Made by a program: the position numbers and the translations under genes
Shown here: positions 45,328 through 52,178 of the stretch, one piece after another
Layout of the letters: every line of letters starts with the position of its first letter
How positions within the stretch are numbered: the first letter of the stretch is position 1
DNA from: a virus
Taxonomy: Duplodnaviria > Caudoviricetes
Strand: one strand, 5' to 3'
Length of the DNA: 52,178 bases
Virus record (IMG/VR): IMGVR_UViG_3300014168_000005
Location: 1-52,178 of that record
Notes under the pieces: generated by a model
Told to the model about the DNA's origin: nothing
What the model saw: only the letters and a program-made list of their open reading frames with translations
Databases searched by the model: none

Positions 45328-45590
45328 GTTCAGACGTGAATTACACGGCCGCTCAGATTGAGGCGATGGCGGACGAGATCCGACCGCCGGTCGTGGGGAC
45401 CGCCCTCACCGAGGCGCAGCGCAAGGTGCTCAAAGAGGTGTTGAAGGGCAGCAATACCCGGGAGATGGCTGCTGTTCTGGGCATCTCCGAGAAAACCGTC
45501 AAAGCACACGTCTCAGTCCTGCTCAGCAAATTCAAATGCGACAGCCGTGCGCGGCTGATCGCCAAACATTATCGGGGTGAACTGAAATGA
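45324..45590 (+). CDS. Stand-alone LuxR/GerE-type HTH protein
   Basis: LTEAQRKVL...G.NTREMAAVLGISEKTVKAHVSVLLSK; GTG at 45324. Confidence 0.8.
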   Translation: MSSDVNYTAAQIEAMADEIRPPVVGTALTEAQRKVLKEVLKGSNTREMAAVLGISEKTVKAHVSVLLSKFKCDSRARLIAKHYRGELK

Positions 45591-45880
45591 GATTGCTCAC
45601 CGCTCTCAAAGCATTTGAGCGCCCGGTTCAGGTGCGGATCATTCGGCACCTGACCACAGACCTCCGCGGCCCTACGCGCTCGACTGAGTTCCAGGCGGCC
45701 ATCGACGCCCACAAGCAGCGGCGGGCCCGGGAGTGTCGGAAGGTGAGACCGTTACGCCGTCAGCAGCCGGTGACATTGGCATCTGCTCCTCGCGCTTTCA
45801 GTGCGCGCTTGCCATCGGTGTCGACAGGGCTAGAGCGTCATTTGACGGCACCGGGAATCATGTTGCGGCAGGCGGACTGA
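45587..45880 (+). CDS. Hypothetical basic protein
   Basis: ATGA coupling. Confidence 0.5.
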   Translation: MRLLTALKAFERPVQVRIIRHLTTDLRGPTRSTEFQAAIDAHKQRRARECRKVRPLRRQQPVTLASAPRAFSARLPSVSTGLERHLTAPGIMLRQAD

Positions 45881-45881
45881 G

Positions 45882-46799
45882 ATGAACGCCAGTCACATAG
45901 AACTTCCGCCGGCGCGGATCCTTCACGTCACCGAAGAGGAGTATTTCGCCGATCCGTGCGAAACACCCTCTCTGACTCAGAGTATCGCCAAACTGCTGCT
46001 CGCGAACTCGCCACTGCATGCCTGGAGCGCGCATCCAAGGCTCGGCGGCGCACCGGTTGAAGATGAAGCGGAAAATGAGGACGACGAGGAAAGCGAATCG
46101 CCATCGGACGCCGTGAGCGACGGGAAGGTTTTGCACAGCCTCATGCTCGGCCAAGGCGTTGATGTCGTGGTTATCAACGAAGACAGTTTCCGCAAGAAGA
46201 CAGCCCGGGCTGCACGCGACGAGGCCAGAGCCGCCGGCAAGGTTCCGATGATCGCGGCCAAATACGATCTTCTGGTCAAAGCGGCAGGCCGTTTGCGCGA
46301 TCGGCTCGCTGCGGCCGGCTATCCGCTCAACGGTGAATCAGAAGTCGCGATCGAGTGGTATGAGCGTGGGGAGAACGGCCCCGTTGTCTGCCGCTGCCGC
46401 ATGGACCACGTCTTTATGACCGAGGGTCGCATCTACGACATTAAAAAGGTTCGTAGCGCGCATCCTGAGAAGATCGCGCGAAACTTCGTCGACTACGGGT
46501 ATGACATCCAACAGGCCGCCTATCCCCGCGCGCTGGCTGCTCTGAATCCGAAGTTGCAGGGTCGCGTCGACTTCACCTTCCTGTATATGGAGTCGGTCCC
46601 GCCCTACTCCATCGTGCCCGCCGGACCCGACGGCGCCTTTCGCGAGATCGGGCTCATGCGGTGGCTGCGTGCGGTCAAACTCTGGGAGCGCTGCCTGGCG
46701 ACGAACTACTGGCCCGGCTACACCGACACCAAGGTGACGCTGCAGGCGCCCCTCTACGTCGTCCAGCGCGAGATCGGAAACGCGCCGGACTCACTCTGA
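45882..46799 (+). CDS. RecE/exonuclease VIII-like PD-(D/E)XK nuclease (DUF3799-like)
   Basis: CRCRMD...YDIKK, YGYDIQQAAY and WPGY motifs. Confidence 0.85.
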   Translation: MNASHIELPPARILHVTEEEYFADPCETPSLTQSIAKLLLANSPLHAWSAHPRLGGAPVEDEAENEDDEESESPSDAVSDGKVLHSLMLGQGVDVVVINEDSFRKKTARAARDEARAAGKVPMIAAKYDLLVKAAGRLRDRLAAAGYPLNGESEVAIEWYERGENGPVVCRCRMDHVFMTEGRIYDIKKVRSAHPEKIARNFVDYGYDIQQAAYPRALAALNPKLQGRVDFTFLYMESVPPYSIVPAGPDGAFREIGLMRWLRAVKLWERCLATNYWPGYTDTKVTLQAPLYVVQREIGNAPDSL

Positions 46800-46825
46800 C
46801 ATCCACTCATTGAAGAGTACCTAAC

Positions 46826-48040
46826 ATGAATGCCGTTCGTGAACGCACATTTGAAGACTCCATAGCCGAGCGCGGCGTGACGCCGTTGCTGTTCGGAATC
46901 ATAGGTCCCTCCGGATCTGGCAAAACCTACTCGGCGCTGCGCCTGGCCACCGGAATGCAGCGGGTGATTGGCGGCGAGATCTTTGTCATCGACACCGAGG
47001 CCGATCGCGCCAAGCATTACGCGCGAATGTTCCGGTTCCGTCACGTGCCATTCGCAGCGCCGTTCGCTCCTGGTGACTATCTCGCGGCCATCAAACATTG
47101 CGTCAGCCGCGGTGCAAAGACCATTGTCATCGACAGCATGTCGCACGAGCACGAGGGTCCTGGGGGCGTTCTCGAGTGGCACCAACGCGAAGTCGAACGG
47201 ATCATGGCGGCTTGGCGCTGCACAGAAGAGAAAGCAAACGTTCCGGCGTGGGGAAAGCCCAAGGCCGCTCGGCGCGAGCTGATCAATTACTACATGCAGG
47301 TGAAATGTAACTTCATCTTCTGCTTCCGCGCCAAGGACAAAATCAAGATCGGTAGCGGAAAGGTGACGCAAATGGGCTTCATGCCGATCGCCGGCGAGGA
47401 GCACGTCTTCGAGCTGACTGCGAAGAGTCTGCTGCTGCCCGGTGCCAGCGGCGTCCCGACATGGTCCTCCGACCAGGTCGGCGAGAAGATGATGATCAAA
47501 CTGCCGGAACAGTTCCGCGGTCTGTTCAGTGGCGCCGCAGGCAAGCCTCTGGATGAGAGTATCGGGGAAACGCTGGCGCGTTGGGCTGTGGGCGAGGAAG
47601 TACTCTCGCCAGCCGAAAATCTCGCTGCCCAGTACGTCACTTGTGCGGACGATGCGGCATTCAAAGTGTTGGAGTCTAAACGTGCTGAGATGTGGAAGGC
47701 TGCCTCCGCGGCGGACAAGATCACGCTCAAAGGTGCCAGCGACAATGCGGCCAAGCGGATCGCAGCCCTGGCTGCTCATCCAAACCCCGATCCGACGCCG
47801 GCGACCACTGTAACACGGACCGAAAATCCAAGATCCGATGCGACGCCCGCCGATGGCCCAAACGACACACCCGGCTGGGTATCACTCCTGACCGCTCAAA
47901 CTGACCTGCTGGAGTTGGAGCGTGTCTGGAAGGAGTGCTTGTCCTTCTTCGAGGGCGAGGTCGCCAACGAATGCGATGCCGCGTATCAAACACGAAAGGA
48001 ATCCCTCTCCACCGCTACCGAAAAAGAATTGGAGTTCTAA
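46826..48040 (+). CDS. Sak4-like AAA ATPase / recombinase
   Basis: GPSGSGKTYSAL, IDTE and VIDSMSHE..G.GG motifs; next to the exonuclease. Confidence 0.8.
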   Translation: MNAVRERTFEDSIAERGVTPLLFGIIGPSGSGKTYSALRLATGMQRVIGGEIFVIDTEADRAKHYARMFRFRHVPFAAPFAPGDYLAAIKHCVSRGAKTIVIDSMSHEHEGPGGVLEWHQREVERIMAAWRCTEEKANVPAWGKPKAARRELINYYMQVKCNFIFCFRAKDKIKIGSGKVTQMGFMPIAGEEHVFELTAKSLLLPGASGVPTWSSDQVGEKMMIKLPEQFRGLFSGAAGKPLDESIGETLARWAVGEEVLSPAENLAAQYVTCADDAAFKVLESKRAEMWKAASAADKITLKGASDNAAKRIAALAAHPNPDPTPATTVTRTENPRSDATPADGPNDTPGWVSLLTAQTDLLELERVWKECLSFFEGEVANECDAAYQTRKESLSTATEKELEF

Positions 48041-48043
48041 GTC

Positions 48044-49597
48044 ATGGCGCCTAAACCCAAACTCCCGACCGCAACCGCTGAGCAGTTTGAAGGCCATACG
48101 TTGATGCGGATGGTTACGCGCAACGTGAAGCGCGTGAAATACGTCGACATCACACTCCAAGATGGGACGATGACCGTCATCGGCGGTGACAACGACCAAG
48201 GCAAATCGAGCTTCCTCGACAGCTACGGCTTCTGCATGGGCGGCAAGGCGGCCATCAACGGCGCCGGCGGCAAGCTGCCCATTACCATGGGCCCGATCCG
48301 TAATGGCCAGCAGGAAGGCAGCGTCCAGTGCGACTTTGGTGACGGCCAAAAGGTGACACTCAGCGTGATCCGCACGCTCAAGCGCCTGGGTGAGTCAGAA
48401 TTCACGGCCGATGTGGACGTTGAGATCCCCGGTCATGTCCCCCCAAAGAGCATCGAAACGTTCCTGCGGAATCTGACCAACGAGTATGCATTCGACCCGA
48501 TGGCGTTCGATGAGATGAACGCCGAGCAACAGTTCGAAGCGCTGCAGAAACTCGTCGGCAACTTCGACTTCAAAGCGCACGCGGCTAAGCACAAAACGGT
48601 GTACGACGAGCGCACGGTCGTTGGCCGCGACTACGAGCGTGAGAATAGCGCTGCCGAGGCCATGGTGGTCCCGACAGACCCGCCATGCGAGCTGATCGAT
48701 GAGGACGCGCTGACCAGGGAATTGCAGGAGGCCGGCCAAAAGAACACAGAGCGAGCGATTCGTGCGAGCAATCGTGAGAAGGCCGTCACAAAGATCGCGG
48801 GGCTGAGAGACGTCGCCGCCCAGGTCGATGAACGAATCGCGACCGCCCGGAACCAGGCGGAAGCGGCTCGAGACAAAGAAATCGCGCGGCTCCAGGAAGC
48901 GATAGAGCGCGCACGTCTGGATTGCGAGCAGGCCATCCAGACAGAATCCGAGTCTCATCGAGCCGAAGCCGCGGCTGCGATCGCCGAAGCCGACAGCCTT
49001 CAGAAGCGGCTCGACGAAGCTGGCCCGCTCCCCGAGGAGACCGACACCGACGCAATAACCGCGCGACTCCAAGCAGCGCGCCTCAACAATGCTCGGTATG
49101 TCACCTGGACGCAGCAGCGAGATCGAAGAAAGGAGCATGTCGACAAGGCTAACGGACACGCTCTCAACTACGACCAACTGACGAAACGTCTCGATGAGTT
49201 GGACGCTGAGCGACTGAAAGTCATCGAGGACGCAAAGCTTCCGGTCGAGGGTATCGGCTTCGGCGACGGCTATGTGACTCTAAAGGCAGAAGACGGTGCT
49301 GGCACAGTACCCTGGGCACAGGCCAGCGAGGCCATCCGTACCGATGCGTCGCTGTCGCTGGCGATGGCGATGCAGCCAAAGTTGAAAGTCATCTTGATCC
49401 GCAACGGATCCAACATCGGAAAGCGCATCCGCCAGCGGATTCAACAGCGCGCGGCCGAGCGGAAGTACAAAGTAGTACTCGAGGTCGTTGAGGAAGGGGA
49501 TGGAACGCACGTGGTCATTGAGGACGGCCAGGTCAAGGCGGCTCGCCAACCGGAAGGAGCCGGTCTGGCTACTCCACAGGGAGGCCAGCCGTCATGA
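48044..49597 (+). CDS. SMC/Rad50-like coiled-coil ATPase
   Basis: NVKRVK, Walker A GDNDQGKSS, long coiled coil, C-terminal ABC half. Confidence 0.8.
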   Translation: MAPKPKLPTATAEQFEGHTLMRMVTRNVKRVKYVDITLQDGTMTVIGGDNDQGKSSFLDSYGFCMGGKAAINGAGGKLPITMGPIRNGQQEGSVQCDFGDGQKVTLSVIRTLKRLGESEFTADVDVEIPGHVPPKSIETFLRNLTNEYAFDPMAFDEMNAEQQFEALQKLVGNFDFKAHAAKHKTVYDERTVVGRDYERENSAAEAMVVPTDPPCELIDEDALTRELQEAGQKNTERAIRASNREKAVTKIAGLRDVAAQVDERIATARNQAEAARDKEIARLQEAIERARLDCEQAIQTESESHRAEAAAAIAEADSLQKRLDEAGPLPEETDTDAITARLQAARLNNARYVTWTQQRDRRKEHVDKANGHALNYDQLTKRLDELDAERLKVIEDAKLPVEGIGFGDGYVTLKAEDGAGTVPWAQASEAIRTDASLSLAMAMQPKLKVILIRNGSNIGKRIRQRIQQRAAERKYKVVLEVVEEGDGTHVVIEDGQVKAARQPEGAGLATPQGGQPS

Positions 49598-49959
49598 GCG
49601 CAGCCATCGCAACCCTCGACCAGCTCCTGCGCGCCCGCGCCCGCAAGCAGATCGACAAGGACATCACGAAGGCGATTGAGCGAGGACTCGATTACAACAT
49701 GGCCAACGATGGGGTCTATCGTAAAATAGACATCAGTTCGGCCAACCTCAAAATCCAGGATCGCGGTGCTGAGCACGACGAGGACGAACGATATGTCGTC
49801 GTGATCTCACATAAGGATTTGCTCGACTTCCTGATCAAGGATGCACTGGCCTACCACGGTCCGATCGCCGAACAGCGAGAAATCCATGAGTTCCTCGATC
49901 GCGTTGACGGTGTCGCCCAGGACATCGAGGACCTCCGCAATGGAGTGGAGCAGGAATGA
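49594..49959 (+). CDS. Hypothetical protein
   Basis: ATGA coupling. Confidence 0.55.
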   Translation: MSAAIATLDQLLRARARKQIDKDITKAIERGLDYNMANDGVYRKIDISSANLKIQDRGAEHDEDERYVVVISHKDLLDFLIKDALAYHGPIAEQREIHEFLDRVDGVAQDIEDLRNGVEQE

Positions 49960-50546
49960 GCGCCGATCACCAAAAGATCCTCGACGCCATCGCGGCCGCG
50001 ATGCCAACGATCGAACCCACCGAGGCGCAGACTGCCGCCATGCAGGCGGCGGCGAACGGCACCAAGCGGGACGTGCAGGACTTCCGCTTCAAAACGCTGC
50101 TCCTGGCTGGTCTGCACATTGAAGATGCGCGCAGCCGCTATCCCAACTTGAGCGTCGACGCCCTAAAGCGCCTGGTCGCGAACGAGTACCTCTATCTATC
50201 AGCCTGGATGGTGAGGCAGTTAAAGCGCGCCGCGGGTGACGAGATTTCCCCGGCCCGGTTCGCATGGGTCGCCTACGCAATGGCCGAGCATGCATTGAGT
50301 TTGGACTGGAGCCAGCAGGACGAAACCGCGTTCAAAAGTGAGCCCGGTTCACTGCGAAAGGAGGTCGAGAGTTACAACCTGGAGCAGATTCGCGGTCCCT
50401 ATATCGACATCTTGTTTGACGGCGCCCCGCAGATAAGATCTGGGCGCTTCGTGGAGGTCGAGGATCATACAGGCGCTAGCATCTCAATTGGCGAGTGGTT
50501 CAAGCGCGATGATGGCCTCTGGGCACTGAGGATTCCGCGATCGTGA
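49956..50546 (+). CDS. Hypothetical protein
   Basis: ATGA coupling; C-terminal SGRFVEVED...GEW...G.WAL motif. Confidence 0.55.
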   Translation: MSADHQKILDAIAAAMPTIEPTEAQTAAMQAAANGTKRDVQDFRFKTLLLAGLHIEDARSRYPNLSVDALKRLVANEYLYLSAWMVRQLKRAAGDEISPARFAWVAYAMAEHALSLDWSQQDETAFKSEPGSLRKEVESYNLEQIRGPYIDILFDGAPQIRSGRFVEVEDHTGASISIGEWFKRDDGLWALRIPRS

Positions 50547-50740
50547 GCGAACCCATGTCTCAACACCAACACTTCAACGAGAGCAGTCGAGAAGGCTGGT
50601 TACCCACCGTCATTTTTTGGATAGCGCTGGCACTCGTCGTGGGCATCTGCGCGTCCTTAAATGGTCACTGGTGGCACTTCGTGATCGGCGTCCTGGCGGT
50701 GTTCCTGGTGCGCATCACGTCGCGGTTCGGCCATTTATGA
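50543..50740 (+). CDS. Small two-TM membrane protein
   Basis: Two hydrophobic segments. Confidence 0.5.
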   Translation: MSEPMSQHQHFNESSREGWLPTVIFWIALALVVGICASLNGHWWHFVIGVLAVFLVRITSRFGHL

Positions 50741-50792
50741 GAACGGCGGCGATCGTCGCTTTGTTAGGGGTACTGACGTGGGTGCTGTTCCA

Positions 50793-50909
50793 ATGAGTTC
50801 GGAACCGCTAAACCCGGCACTAAGGGAACTCATTCGCATCCTCGCAAAGGCAGCGATGCGACCAAAGTTGCCGCCGGCCCCGCCTCCGGCCGAGAATCCC
50901 CGCCCATGA
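50793..50909 (+). CDS. Small peptide coupled to the integrase (candidate directionality factor)
   Basis: MSSEPLNPALRELIRILAKAAMRPK...; ATGA overlap with the integrase start. Confidence 0.4.
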   Translation: MSSEPLNPALRELIRILAKAAMRPKLPPAPPPAENPRP

Positions 50910-52178
50910 GAGCACGAATCTACACCCGTTTTTCCACGGATATGCAGGATGAGAACTCCACCCGGGACCAGGAGCGCGTCGGTCGAGAGCGAGCGGCGCG
51001 AGAAGGATGGTCCGTCACCGGCGTCTACAAAGACGAAGGAATCTCCGGCACGGCTCTGGGCAATCGGCCTGGCGCGCTGCGAGCAATCCGCGATGCAGAA
51101 CTCGGAGAATTCGAAGTTCTCATAGTCATGGAGTTGACCAGGCTGGCGCGGAGCGAGGATCTGCCCAAGCTCATTCAGCGGCTGAAATTTAGGCGTGTGC
51201 GCGTCATTGGCGTGCAAGATGGGTTTGATTCGTCTTCACTCACCGCTCGTATGCAGGCAGGAATGGCCAGCATCATGGGAGCCGAGTATGTCGAGATGAT
51301 CAGCCGCCGTGTGCATTCAGCGCTCGAGATGCGCGCGAAGGACGGTCGAGCCACTGGTGGAAAAGCGTACGAAGACGGCGAAGTAGTGCGTGAGATCTTC
51401 GCCCGCTTCGCTGCCGGCGAGTCGATGAAGTCGATCGCCTCAGATCTGAATCGCCGCGACATTCCATCTCCGGGTGCGAGTTGGAAAGAGCGCTCCCGGC
51501 CGCGGGGTCGCTGGCAGGTTTCCACGCTGCACGCCCTGCTTCGCAATGAGCGATACATCGGGCGCCAGATCTGGAATAAATCGCAGTTCGTGAAAGATCC
51601 GGACTCCGGTATCCGCAAGCGACGAGAGCGGCCACAGAGTGAATGGATCGTTAGAGCGTGTGATCGCCTCATCGATGACGGCACATGGGCCCGAGTTCAA
51701 TCTCGCTTCACCGTGCGACCTGGCCGCGGCGGTGCTCTCAAGTATTTGTTGTCCGGCATTTTGGAGTGCTCTGTCTGCGGCGGAAAAATGATCGCCTTTG
51801 GCAGCGGCACGCGCAGATACATCTGTGGAACCTTCCATAACGCGGGCGAGCATGCCTGCTCGAACCGGTCCAGCTTCCCGAGGGTGATCGCGGAGAAGCT
51901 CATTCTGGAGCCGGTGATCGAAGATCTGCTGTCGCCGGCGGCGATCGCAGAGGGCATTCGGATGATGCGCAAAGAGCGGGCGACTCCGCAGCGCCGCCCC
52001 GCGCCGATTGACCGTGAGGTCCGTGAGCTCGAACGCCTGGTTCAGCAGGGCGTGCTGTCCGCTGAGACGGCAGCGCCGGCCCTGCATGCCGCTCGCAGGC
52101 GGTCGGAGGCTGCACAACTACTGGAGCCGGAGCCTGAGATGCCCTGGCCCACTGAGAAAGCATGGCGGGAGGCAGTGA
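50906..52178 (+). CDS. Large serine recombinase (integrase), runs off the right end
   Basis: Not in the ORF track. Hand translation MRARIYTRFSTDMQ (catalytic Ser), DEGISG...RPG, TRLAR; recombinase domain LRNERYIG; Zn ribbon LLSGILECSVCG...YIC...C. Confidence 0.92.
   Translation, partial: MRARIYTRFSTDMQDENSTRDQERVGRERAAREGWSVTGVYKDEGISGTALGNRPGALRAIRDAELGEFEVLIVMELTRLARSEDLPKLIQRLKFRRVRVIGVQDGFDSSSLTARMQAGMASIMGAEYVEMISRRVHSALEMRAKDGRATGGKAYEDGEVVREIFARFAAGESMKSIASDLNRRDIPSPGASWKERSRPRGRWQVSTLHALLRNERYIGRQIWNKSQFVKDPDSGIRKRRERPQSEWIVRACDRLIDDGTWARVQSRFTVRPGRGGALKYLLSGILECSVCGGKMIAFGSGTRRYICGTFHNAGEHACSNRSSFPRVIAEKLILEPVIEDLLSPAAIAEGIRMMRKERATPQRRPAPIDREVRELERLVQQGVLSAETAAPALHAARRRSEAAQLLEPEPEMPWPTEKAWREAV

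Larger units (their letters stand above)
1..52178. mobile_element. Temperate myovirus-like prophage (partial; both ends outside the window)
   Basis: Contiguous terminase, portal, head, sheath and baseplate genes; divergent cI/cro switch; serine integrase at the right end; no recognisable host housekeeping genes. Confidence 0.95.

Noticed and set aside
50735-52163. Minus-strand ORFs listed in the track at the right end
   Set aside because: Antisense to the serine integrase, which the track missed because its stop is outside the window
1-52178. CRISPR array, tRNA or rRNA genes
   Set aside because: No repeat-spacer periodicity or cloverleaf seen by eye; the tandem repeats found are in-frame coding repeats. 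A tRNAscan/Infernal run would be needed to be sure.

Overview
The whole window is one temperate, contractile-tailed (myovirus-type) prophage in GC-rich DNA, cut off at both ends. The minus strand (42.6 kb to 1) carries cro/cII, replication and accessory genes, TerS/TerL, an unusual ~10 kb cassette of fibre, adhesin and glycosidase-like genes between TerL and the portal (four with Sec-type signal peptides), then portal, MuF, a Nudix-protease fusion, scaffold, decoration, capsid, neck, a beta-helix depolymerase, sheath, tube, a frameshifting chaperone, tape measure with an SLT domain, baseplate and the start of a tail fibre. The plus strand (42.7 kb to the end) carries a CI-like repressor, a secreted Cys-rich protein, early genes, a RecE-like/Sak4-like/SMC-like recombination module and a large serine integrase that runs off the right end. 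The strongest candidate for something new is the TerL-portal cassette. It has its own predicted promoter and structured leader, mixes exported and non-exported proteins, and its proteins share short recurring peptides (a 20-aa Ala/Gly repeat also found in a baseplate protein, a DGLYW..YP.G..PS motif, and 3x3 TADSG repeats), suggesting a modular appendage-assembly system. All family assignments come from motif recognition and gene order by eye; no searches were run.
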